Under the pieces are notes generated by a model. It was not told the DNA's origin. It did not search any database and worked only from the letters and a program-made list of their open reading frames with translations. Source: Planctomycetota bacterium (GTDB lineage: Bacteria; Planctomycetota; MHYJ01; JACPRB01). Taken from it: a stretch of 64,000 nt of DNA. Position 1 is the stretch's first letter, and every line of letters begins with the position of its first letter. Position numbers and translations under genes: made by a program. Shown here one piece after another: positions 1 to 7,838 of the stretch. The stretch spans positions 9,844 through 73,843 of the forward strand of contig JACPRC010000068.1 in assembly GCA_016190175.1 (NCBI GenBank), in the 5' to 3' direction.

Positions 1-230
1 GCGTCCGCGTCGGACGGGGGCGGGAGGGCCCCGGAGGCGGGATCGGCGAGGAAGACGGCGGCGCGCGGCGCCTTGAGGAGACGCGGAATGGAGTCGCCGA
101 GGAGGCGGCAGATCTCCTTCGGGTCGCGCGAAAGGAGCATCTTCCGGGCGAGGTCCCGCAGGTCCCGCAGTTCCGGCGAGGCCGTCTCGATCGCCCGGAT
201 GAGCCCAGTGTCCGACTGGGGGCGCTCCAT
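1..230 (-). CDS. N-terminal part of a GAF-domain-like signalling protein (continues past the window edge)
   Basis: ATG at 230 on the minus strand, open to the window edge, strong third-position G/C bias. Translation MERPQSDTGLIRAIETASPELRDL...EICRLLGDSIPRLLKAPRAAVFLADPASG looks like the start of a GAF domain. It begins 14 nt after the HDOD gene stop. Confidence 0.5.
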   Translation of the reverse strand, partial: MERPQSDTGLIRAIETASPELRDLRDLARKMLLSRDPKEICRLLGDSIPRLLKAPRAAVFLADPASGALPPPSDAD

Positions 231-243
231 TCGGCGCTCCGGC

Positions 244-1119
244 CTACTTGATGAAGTCCAGGAAGATCATCGCCCTCTCGATCTCCTCCCCGACCTCCGC
301 GAGAAGGGGGTCGAACTGGCCCGGGTCGAGTCCGAGCTGGGACCACGCCGCGTCGCTCACCTGCGGAATCTTCTGGTCGCCGCCGCTTCCGAAGCGCAGG
401 GCGCGGACCAGGATGTCCGCGAAATGGATGATCGCGGCGGGCTTCGCGTTCTCGCCGGCCAGCGCGGGATTGTGGTGGCACCGCGTGGTCTCGACGAGCC
501 CCTTCGAGAGGTTCCACTTCTCGAAGAGCCATGCCCCCACGTCGGAGTGGGTGATGCCGAGCGTCTTCTCCTCCGCCTCCACGATGAGACAGTTCCGGGT
601 CCGGACCATGTCGAGGACCTCGGCGAACCGCTCGTGGAGGAACTGGTCCATGACGATCTTCCCGACGTCGTGCAGGAGGCCCGCGATGAAGATCTCCTCC
701 AGCGTGGGGAACCCGAGCCTCCGCGCCAGCACCTTCGCCGCCGCGCCGCAGCCGATGGAGTGCTTCCAGAATTCCTGCCGGTCGAACCCGCCGCGCACCT
801 CCTTGCGGAACACGTCGAAGATCGTGGAGCTGAGGACGATCGACTTGATCGTGTTGAAGCCGAGGATCACGATCGCGTGCGTCACGGTCGTGATGCGGTT
901 CGGGAAGCCGTAGAAGGAGGAGTTGACGACCCGGAGCACCTTCGAAGTGATGGACGGGTCGCTCGAGATGAGCTGGGCCACCTCCTTCGCGGAGGTGCGC
1001 GGGTTCAGCATCATCTTGTTGATGTTGTTGAGCATCGCGGGCAGCGTGGGCAGACCCTGGATCCGGTCGACGAGTTTCTTGAGCCGGTCCTGGACTTCGG
1101 TTTGTGCGCCCGCCTCCAT
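244..1119 (-). CDS. HDOD domain signalling protein
   Basis: 291-aa ORF. LPTLPAMLNNINKMMLNPRTSAKEVAQLISSDPSITSKVLRVVNSSFYG and AGLLHDVGK...HSDVGAWL are typical HDOD features. Confidence 0.85.
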   Translation of the reverse strand: MEAGAQTEVQDRLKKLVDRIQGLPTLPAMLNNINKMMLNPRTSAKEVAQLISSDPSITSKVLRVVNSSFYGFPNRITTVTHAIVILGFNTIKSIVLSSTIFDVFRKEVRGGFDRQEFWKHSIGCGAAAKVLARRLGFPTLEEIFIAGLLHDVGKIVMDQFLHERFAEVLDMVRTRNCLIVEAEEKTLGITHSDVGAWLFEKWNLSKGLVETTRCHHNPALAGENAKPAAIIHFADILVRALRFGSGGDQKIPQVSDAAWSQLGLDPGQFDPLLAEVGEEIERAMIFLDFIK

Positions 1120-1128
1120 CCGCCGCCC

Positions 1129-1446
1129 TCACTTCACCTTGGACTTGAGAACCCGCTTCGCCGCTTCCTTCAGCGCGCCCATCACGGGATGGGAGGCGAC
1201 GTCGGCGAAGACGCGATCGAGCTCGGCATCCACTTCGGCCGCCCGCTTCTCCGGATCCACGCCGGCGCTCCCCAGCCCGGGGGAATCCTCGAGGAAGAGG
1301 TGGGTCACGTTCCTGCCCCGGAGCGTCTCGAGGATCTGCAGCGAGATCTCGGTGCCGGCCTTGTAGAGGAGGTTGCCGCGGAGATCCAGGACGTCCTTGG
1401 CGACCCGCATGCCGGGTTTCGCCTCCTCGATCTTGACGACTCTCAT
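1129..1446 (-). CDS. small hypothetical protein (105 aa) upstream of the HDOD gene
   Basis: ORF with ATG start and protein-like composition (MRVVKIEEAKPGMRVAKDVLDLRGNLLYKAGTEI...). Same strand as the HDOD gene and 9 nt upstream of it. Confidence 0.6.
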   Translation of the reverse strand: MRVVKIEEAKPGMRVAKDVLDLRGNLLYKAGTEISLQILETLRGRNVTHLFLEDSPGLGSAGVDPEKRAAEVDAELDRVFADVASHPVMGALKEAAKRVLKSKVK

Positions 1447-1521
1447 GCTGCCGCCCGCAATGATAGCACGACCCGGGGTCGGCCTTGATAATTTATCGGC
1501 CGGAAGGGGGGGAAAGCCGCT

Positions 1522-2511
1522 TCACGACCGGCGGGAGACGACGAAATCCGCCAGATTCGCGAGACTCTCCGTGTGAGCGGACGGCGGGACCTCCCGCAGC
1601 GCCGCCTTGGCCTCCTCCGCGAACTCCTGCGCCCGCCCGAGGGACCACGCGAGCACGTCCCGCTCGTGCAGGAGCCGCAGCACCTCCGCCCGGGGGTCCT
1701 TCCCGTTGGCGGATGACATCACCTGCTGCAACCCCCGGCGCTCGCCGGGAGACAGCTCTTTCAGCAGGCGGATGACGGGCAGGGTCAGCTTCCCCTTCGC
1801 CAGATCCGTCCCCAGCGACTTGCCCATCACGCGCTCGTCGCCCGTGATGTCGAGGCAGTCGTCCACGATCTGGAACGCGATGCCGACCTTCTCGCCGTAT
1901 TCGGCCAGCGCCTCCGCGATCCGCGGCTCCGCCTCCGTCCCCACGGCGCCCAGGCGGCAGGCGGTCGAGAAGAGAACGGCGGTCTTGAGGCGGATCAGGT
2001 TCAGGTACTGATCCTCCTCGAGGTCGAAGTTGAACCTCCCCGCGATCTGGGAGAGCTCGCCGACGCAGATGTCCTGCACGGCCGTGGCGAAGATGAGGTT
2101 CGCCTCGCGATTGTGGAGCCGCGCGCAGAGGGCGTAGGCCTTCGCGAAGAGGTAGTCGCCGAAGAGGACGGAGGCCTCGTTTCCCCACATCCGATTGAGA
2201 GTCGGGACGTTGCGGCGGATCTCGGCCTCGTCCAGGACGTCGTCGTGCGCCAGGGTCGCCGTGTGGAGCATCTCGATCACGGCGGCGAGGCCGTAATGCA
2301 GCTCCTGAGGTTCGCCCCCGCAGATATGGGCGCTGTAGAGGAGCAGGGCGGGGCGGGCGCGCTTGCCCTGGTGTTTCGTCTGGTGTTCGACGAGGGTCTG
2401 CACGAACGGATTGGGGTTGGCCGCCTCCCGCCGGATGAGCGCCTCGACGCGCGCGATCTCCGCGCGGATCGGCTCGAAGAGCCCGGCGGCCTCGGCGGTC
2501 CTCTCCGTCAC
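1522..2511 (-). CDS. ispB: polyprenyl diphosphate synthase (IspB-like)
   Basis: Both Asp-rich motifs are present (LAHDDVLDEAEIRRN and FQIVDDCLDITGD). The ORF is open to 2601, but GTG at 2511 preceded by GGGAGGGG gives a typical ~329-aa length. Confidence 0.88.
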   Translation of the reverse strand: MTERTAEAAGLFEPIRAEIARVEALIRREAANPNPFVQTLVEHQTKHQGKRARPALLLYSAHICGGEPQELHYGLAAVIEMLHTATLAHDDVLDEAEIRRNVPTLNRMWGNEASVLFGDYLFAKAYALCARLHNREANLIFATAVQDICVGELSQIAGRFNFDLEEDQYLNLIRLKTAVLFSTACRLGAVGTEAEPRIAEALAEYGEKVGIAFQIVDDCLDITGDERVMGKSLGTDLAKGKLTLPVIRLLKELSPGERRGLQQVMSSANGKDPRAEVLRLLHERDVLAWSLGRAQEFAEEAKAALREVPPSAHTESLANLADFVVSRRS

Positions 2512-2622
2512 GCTGCCCCTCCCTGGGTGGAAACGGAGGGGGAGTCTAGCACGGGGCGGGGGGGGCTTGCAACTGGTTTTCCGGGCGGGCCACGGAGGCA
2601 CGGAGGGCCGGCAACGGGGCGA

Positions 2623-2865
2623 CTACCGAAGCGACTCCGAATCCTTGCGGACCTTGAGCAGTGCCGACACCGCCGACGGATGGAACATCGCCACGGCGTC
2701 GTTTTCCTCGTCGTAGACTTCGATGTACCACAGCTTGGCACGGTTGGGGATCAGGAAGACGTTCTCCGGATGGCGCACAGTCACCCGCCGGCCGTTGTCC
2801 AGTTCGATGACGAACGGGACGAAGGGAGTCACGTCGAGATGCACCGTGATGCTCTGCAAGTCCAC
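2623..2865 (-). CDS. hypothetical protein (80 aa)
   Basis: ATG-started ORF with non-repetitive composition (MDLQSITVHLDVTPFVPFVIELDNGRRVTVRHPENVFLIP...). I recognise no motif. Confidence 0.5.
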   Translation of the reverse strand: MDLQSITVHLDVTPFVPFVIELDNGRRVTVRHPENVFLIPNRAKLWYIEVYDEENDAVAMFHPSAVSALLKVRKDSESLR

Positions 2866-2909
2866 GATGGGATTCTAGCGCGATGCGGCCCGGACCGCAA
2901 GCCGCAGGC

Positions 2910-3473
2910 TCAAATCAGCGCCCCGAACTCCCCCGGCGTGTTGACGTTCACGAACGGCGACCGGCCGTCCACGAGCCAGTCGCGCGGGTCGATCGGCACC
3001 CGTTCCGTCCGCACGAGGTCCTGGAAGTCCGTCGTGCGCAGTCGCATCTCGCGCAGGCGCCGCTCGATCGGCACGAGGCACGCCTTCGAGTAGACGGCGT
3101 GCAGCGGCTCCTCACCGTCGGGCGTCACCGGCAGCACGAAGTCCGCGTCGATGCCGAGCAGGTGCTCTACGAGCGGCAGGCTCACGAACGGCATGTCGCA
3201 TCCGCAGACGAAGACGCGGTCCGTCGGCGCCGCGTGAAGGAGCGCATGGACGCCCGCGACCGGGCACCGCGCGGGCAGGACGTCGCGCACGATCGGGCCG
3301 AATGCGGCAAGCCGGTCGTCGTTCGCGGAGATGAGCGCCGGCCGGCCGAGACGGTCGAGGACGTGGCGGATCAGCGGTCGCCCGGCCAGCTCCATCAGCG
3401 CCTTGTCGCGTCCCATGCGCGCGGAGAATCCGCCCGCAAGAATGCCCGCCGTCCATTCCGTTGCGCCGCCCAT
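2910..3473 (-). CDS. mobA: molybdenum cofactor guanylyltransferase
   Basis: N-terminal GILAGGFSARMGRDKAL and the overall 187-aa length are typical of MobA. The first codons lie inside the left direct repeat. Confidence 0.85.
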   Translation of the reverse strand: MGGATEWTAGILAGGFSARMGRDKALMELAGRPLIRHVLDRLGRPALISANDDRLAAFGPIVRDVLPARCPVAGVHALLHAAPTDRVFVCGCDMPFVSLPLVEHLLGIDADFVLPVTPDGEEPLHAVYSKACLVPIERRLREMRLRTTDFQDLVRTERVPIDPRDWLVDGRSPFVNVNTPGEFGALI

Positions 3474-3521
3474 CCACGACGGTTATAGTGGCGCCCCGTG
3501 GCCAAGGGAAAGGTTTTCCTC
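3451..3521. repeat. left copy of a 71-bp imperfect direct repeat (island boundary)
   Basis: gtccattccgttgcgccgcccatccacgacggttatagtggcgccccgtggccaagggaaaggttttcctc matches 13020-13090 at 65 of 71 positions in the same orientation. Confidence 0.9.
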
Positions 3522-4614
3522 AACCAATCACGAAGTGACAGTCGATCTCGACCTTGCACCCGCCGGCGCCCGGCTGAAACGACCGGGTCTGGCGGCGCCG
3601 AAGTTCGGTCACTTCGTGGTGAGCCAGGCGCGTTCGACGGCTGGAGGCGAGCGCGGCGCCTACGAGTTTCTCGAGGAGCCGCTCGGGCGGCTCGCGGACC
3701 GCGCCGAGTCGAATGACGACGTGAGCACGATCGGCCAGAACCCGCCCGATGCTTCGCCACATGTCGGCGATGAGCCGCCAGTAGCCGTCGCTCCGCTCGT
3801 GACGGTCATCCTTGGATACGCGGCGATATGTCGGGTGCGGAGGCCCGCCGAGGAACCACAGCCGGAGCCACTGGTCCTCCTCGAAGTTGGTGACGTTCAG
3901 GTAGGGCGGTGACGTGATCACGCAACGTACAGGCCCGGGGATCTGCCTCGCCAATCTGGGCAGCTTCCTCATGTCGGCGAGCAGCGCAAAGCCGCGGGTG
4001 CGCGGCGGTGGAGTCTCGTAGCGGTAGCGAGCCCGATCGCGGAGAAGGTCGAAGACGTCGCGCCGCGGGGGCCGATAGCCGCGCTCCTTCCAGAAGCGCA
4101 CCGAGTAGGCGGGTTTCGTGCTGATCGTGTGCGGCATCTGGTTGCTGAGGTAGCACGGAGATTTGTTGGTTTCTCCGTGCAGCGCCCCGAGCGCGAGCGC
4201 CGCGATCATCGAGTCGACGTTCGAGTCGTACCACCTGAGACGTTCGCGCAGGTGCAGCACTTGGCGCAACGTTTCCGGGCGGTAGGTCCATCGGAAGAAG
4301 GTCGGCAATTCTCGACGGGAGCGCTCGTAGCGGCGCGCGCGATACTCGCGCTCCAGAAAGTCAAGCCGTCGCTCCACCAAACCGAGGGCGGGCGCGTTCG
4401 TTTTCGCTCGCGTGACGCAGTACGCGACCGGGTTGACGTCGCAGCCAATGCCGCGCCTCCCCATCAGCAGCGCCTGGAACGGCAGGGTCCCGCGTCCGCA
4501 GAAAGGGTCCAGGACGACGTCTCCGGGCCGCGTGAGCCGATCGAGCCACGTCTCCGCGAACGTCTCGGGAAACATCGCAAAGTACGGACACAGGGCGTGG
4601 AATCGATGTCTCAT
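3520..4614 (-). CDS. DNA methyltransferase (SPPY catalytic motif; N4-C or N6-A type)
   Basis: The AdoMet motif VVLDPFCGRGT lies near residue 35 and the catalytic motif ITSPPY at residues 233-238. The ATG at 4614 overlaps the upstream stop as ATGA. The longer ORF reaching 4944 is Arg-rich and was rejected. Confidence 0.85.
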   Translation of the reverse strand: MRHRFHALCPYFAMFPETFAETWLDRLTRPGDVVLDPFCGRGTLPFQALLMGRRGIGCDVNPVAYCVTRAKTNAPALGLVERRLDFLEREYRARRYERSRRELPTFFRWTYRPETLRQVLHLRERLRWYDSNVDSMIAALALGALHGETNKSPCYLSNQMPHTISTKPAYSVRFWKERGYRPPRRDVFDLLRDRARYRYETPPPRTRGFALLADMRKLPRLARQIPGPVRCVITSPPYLNVTNFEEDQWLRLWFLGGPPHPTYRRVSKDDRHERSDGYWRLIADMWRSIGRVLADRAHVVIRLGAVREPPERLLEKLVGAALASSRRTRLAHHEVTELRRRQTRSFQPGAGGCKVEIDCHFVIG

Positions 4615-5579
4615 GCCCTCGCCACCTGGGCGAGAACGGACTTCGTCCACTTCGCGCTCTGGCTTCGAACCACGGCGTCCAAGCTCCGAGCGTGGAACGC
4701 GATGCGACACCGGTCGAACAAAACGCCGCCGTCGATGGCCGTGTCCGACCACTCCATTTCGCCTATCCTCCAAGGAACGAAGAAGAGCCGCACCGGATCG
4801 ACCGTGATCCCGTCCCGAAGCCACTTCTTGCAGAACGCACCGGGGTCGAGTTCGTTGAGCTTGCTCTGCCAACTCGACCGGCCGGCGGCGCACTGGCCGA
4901 AGCCGACGACCTTCCCGGGGCGACGATCGGCGAAGTCCATCCATGCGACGACGTCGAGCTTTCCGTCCCTCTGCTTGCTCGCTGTGGGGCGGGGTTTGCT
5001 TCCGCCGCCTTCACCGAGGAGGGCACAGAGGCTGTCGACCGCCCTCTGGAAGTTCGAAGGAAGTCCGCGTCGTGGGTGCCCGAACGACACGGCGCGCCCC
5101 GGTTTCCCAGCCCCTCCGAAGTACGACTCGGCGGCGGTTGCGCAGACTTCCTCGAACAGCTTCTCGACACCGACGCCGCGCGGACCTGCCTTCACACCTT
5201 GAACGGAGAGCAGGAGCAAGAAGAGGTAGGCGGACTCATGCGGCGCCTCCCGGAATCTCCCTCGAAGCTCGATGTAGTTGGCAGCAACGTCGAACGGATA
5301 TTCACCGGTGTCGCCGCCACATGCCTTCCATCGGTCCTCGATTTCGGCGAAGGCGCTCTCTGCACGCGACTGGCTGAGATCGGAGCCCTCGTCCTGGCGA
5401 TTGTGTCGCCGCTCGTGGTCCGTGCACGCGTCGATGCCGCCGCTGCGGCGGATGACCCGAACCGCATCTTCGATCGAGCTGTTTCGGTCCTTGCTCTTCA
5501 TCGCCAGGAGCTCGATCCAGTCCGCCCAAGCCTCTACCGGGTCCGTCACCGCAGGAACGGCGCTCCTCTTGCCGGTCAT
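4611..5579 (-). CDS. hypothetical protein, possible Mrr/PD-(D/E)xK-like nuclease partner of the methyltransferase
   Basis: 322 aa from MTGKRSAVPAV. ATGA overlaps at both ends indicate translational coupling. The C-terminal DGKLDVVAW...GKVVGFGQCAAG weakly resembles the Mrr-type D..D...QxK core, but the Lys is not conserved. Confidence 0.6.
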   Translation of the reverse strand: MTGKRSAVPAVTDPVEAWADWIELLAMKSKDRNSSIEDAVRVIRRSGGIDACTDHERRHNRQDEGSDLSQSRAESAFAEIEDRWKACGGDTGEYPFDVAANYIELRGRFREAPHESAYLFLLLLSVQGVKAGPRGVGVEKLFEEVCATAAESYFGGAGKPGRAVSFGHPRRGLPSNFQRAVDSLCALLGEGGGSKPRPTASKQRDGKLDVVAWMDFADRRPGKVVGFGQCAAGRSSWQSKLNELDPGAFCKKWLRDGITVDPVRLFFVPWRIGEMEWSDTAIDGGVLFDRCRIAFHARSLDAVVRSQSAKWTKSVLAQVARA

Positions 5580-6691
5580 CTCGCGTTCCGCGTCTTGGGC
5601 TTCCCGACGGACCTCCGTTCCGACATCTCGCCGTAGACATCCTCGGCAAGTTCCTTGATCTCCTTGGCTGCCTTCATCAGATCGGTTGCGCCGCTGTAGC
5701 CGGTCAGGACCGTGCCTCTTGCCTTCTGAAGCGCCTGCTTGGCGCCGATGATCGCCTCGCGGAACACGCGCTCGTCGCCGCGTCCGATGTCGAGCGACAC
5801 GTCGAGGGGCAGGCCTTGGCGCAAGGCGACGGTTGCTCGCTTGACCTGAAGCACCTCGTCGAGCTTCTTCAAGTCGGGGTTCTGGCTCTGAACGACGGGC
5901 TCCCTGTCCTCGGACTTGCTTCCGAACAGCCACACGCAGAGGTCACCCAACTCGGCCAGGTGGCTCTGTGGCACGGGCTTGCGTTCGCCCAGGGCCCGGT
6001 CGGAGACCCCCAGGAACTTCTGGATACCGCGGTACGTGAGTCCCGTGTAGAGGTGCGAGAAAGAGAAGTGTTTCTTGGCCCGATCCTCGCGGTCGAACAC
6101 CCTCGCAGCCTCGGCTTGCTCGAGGACCATAAGGCCGGCGTACAGCCGGCGAACCGTCGCGTGCTTGTCGCCGATGTCCCGGGCAATCTCGTCGAGGGGA
6201 ACGCGAAACTTGTTGTGGACGAAGGCGATGTAGTGGGCCTTGCTGTACGAGTCCCAGTTCTGCGGGCCGTTCACGTGTTTGAACCCGATGAACTGCCAGA
6301 TTCGTTTGCGCGTGCACTTGATGCACGGCAGCTTGGCCAGCTTGTCTCGGTCGGCGCGGCTGATCTCAGGCAGGTCGGTCGCACCGACCTTGCGCCTCAG
6401 ACTCGGATCGCGAAGAAGCCGAACCGCCGCGACTCGACGGTTGCCCTCGATGACGACGATTTTCCCCGACTCCTCGGCCACGTAGAGGGGTTCGTGCCGG
6501 AAGAACCCGTTGGCTGCGATGGACAGGGCGATCTCGTCCACCGCCATCTCGCGCCAGAGGCACAGCAGGATGTCGTCCTGCGAAGCCGTCTCGCTGAAGT
6601 CCGCCTCCACGAGGCGCGGGTTCTTCGCGTCCAGCACCAGGGTATCGACGTCGATGTCCTGGGGCGTCAGATCATCGAGCGTGCGCTTCAT
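5576..6691 (-). CDS. ParB N-terminal (ParB/Srx) domain protein
   Basis: 371 aa from MKRTLDDL. LDAKNPRL ... IVVIEGNRRVAAVRLL matches the ParB-like nuclease/NTPase core. It is the first gene of the three-gene coupled operon. Confidence 0.75.
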   Translation of the reverse strand: MKRTLDDLTPQDIDVDTLVLDAKNPRLVEADFSETASQDDILLCLWREMAVDEIALSIAANGFFRHEPLYVAEESGKIVVIEGNRRVAAVRLLRDPSLRRKVGATDLPEISRADRDKLAKLPCIKCTRKRIWQFIGFKHVNGPQNWDSYSKAHYIAFVHNKFRVPLDEIARDIGDKHATVRRLYAGLMVLEQAEAARVFDREDRAKKHFSFSHLYTGLTYRGIQKFLGVSDRALGERKPVPQSHLAELGDLCVWLFGSKSEDREPVVQSQNPDLKKLDEVLQVKRATVALRQGLPLDVSLDIGRGDERVFREAIIGAKQALQKARGTVLTGYSGATDLMKAAKEIKELAEDVYGEMSERRSVGKPKTRNAR

Positions 6692-6806
6692 CTTGGTCCA
6701 AGAGATAGCATCGACCCGTTCAGAGGGCCCCAGGTAGCGACCCGCCGCGGCGCGGGTGGATCGCCCGGGCCCGCGCCGCTCGCCGCGCATCGACTTCGAT
6801 CGCGGC

Positions 6807-7475
6807 CTACGCGCCCTTCTCGCCCGGCGGCTGCGTCACGGCCGCGCGCGAACGCCTCCCCGGCGAGCGGAAGAAATCGTCCGCCTCGGACTTGCTCCCC
6901 AGCATCTCCACGAGCGTCCCGTAGACCCCCGTGTACGCGCGGATCCAGTCCAGCCGGCGCACCCGCTCCGCCGCGAACGCCTGGTCGTGCGCCGCCTCGG
7001 CGTCCGCGTGTGCCTTCGCCTGGCGGACGAACCCGTCCTTGGCGGAAACCACGCCCGGCACCAAGGCCGTCAGCTCTTTGCGCCCCGCCTCTTCCACCGC
7101 CTTCAAGAGCGACCCGACCCGCACGGGCTCGTCCTCCGTGGACGCCCGGATGATGGGGTTCAAGCCCGTCGGGAAGAGCGCCTTCATCAAGGGCGCCTCG
7201 TTCTTGTTGCCGCTGAGCCGCCGCGCCTCCAGCCAGAGGTCGCGCACGGCGGCGTCGAGCCGCGCGTCCGCGGCATCCCGAACCGCCAGCGCGCGCGTCG
7301 CCGACCTCGCCGCGGCGCGCTCCTCATCGTCCGCCTTGCGGAGCCCCTCCTGCGCCTTCTGGAGCCCCTCGCCGACTTTCCGCGCGCGATCGTCCGCCAG
7401 CAGGCGGGCGATGGCATACTCGCCGTAGAAGTCCGCCAGCGTCTCGCTCGCGGTCCCCTCGTCGGGAACGTACAT
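6807..7475 (-). CDS. hypothetical alpha-helical protein (222 aa)
   Basis: ATG at 7475 preceded by GAAAGGAGGACGCTG (strong RBS). The Ala/Arg/Glu-rich sequence is predicted helical. I recognise no motif. Confidence 0.6.
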   Translation of the reverse strand: MYVPDEGTASETLADFYGEYAIARLLADDRARKVGEGLQKAQEGLRKADDEERAAARSATRALAVRDAADARLDAAVRDLWLEARRLSGNKNEAPLMKALFPTGLNPIIRASTEDEPVRVGSLLKAVEEAGRKELTALVPGVVSAKDGFVRQAKAHADAEAAHDQAFAAERVRRLDWIRAYTGVYGTLVEMLGSKSEADDFFRSPGRRSRAAVTQPPGEKGA

Positions 7476-7838
7476 CAGCGTCCTCCTTTCACGATATCGA
7501 AAGCGTGGAATCCGTTTCCATCCGGACGGGGCGCCGTCCGGGCGCGTCCGAACCGCGCTTGCTTTGCGGCCATGCCGCCTCCGCACGGACGGAATGCGCC
7601 TTTCCTCCGTGGGCCGGCCGATTCCGCGCGCGCGGAACGCCGCGCTCCGTCCTGCGGGGCGGATCCGGACGCCGCGGAATGGGCTGAACTCCGCGGGAAT
7701 GGAGAGCCCGGACATCCCGGACGTCGCCGGCCGCCGCGGAGAAACACCTTCGGCACGCGCGGAACCTCGATTCCCCGGAAGAGAAGCGGATTCTATCCCT
7801 CGCGCGCGGCAGGGCAAGGAAAATCGGGCCGGCGGCCG

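Noticed and set aside
73-1488. Long plus-strand ORF (471 aa) and many similar very long ORFs elsewhere, for example 15482-17956(-), 40983-43871(-), 44499-47477(-), 49792-52194(-), 54988-57483(-) and 62073-63761(+).
   Set aside because: They are antisense or out-of-frame shadows of genes with clear motifs. Their translations are Arg/Pro/Gly-rich and low-complexity, which is typical of open non-coding frames in high-GC DNA.
3498-3716. 72-aa plus-strand ORF starting MAKGKVFL.
   Set aside because: Only its first 8 codons are meaningful, and they are the duplicated start of cobA-hemD inside the left direct repeat. The rest is antisense to the methyltransferase gene and Arg-rich.
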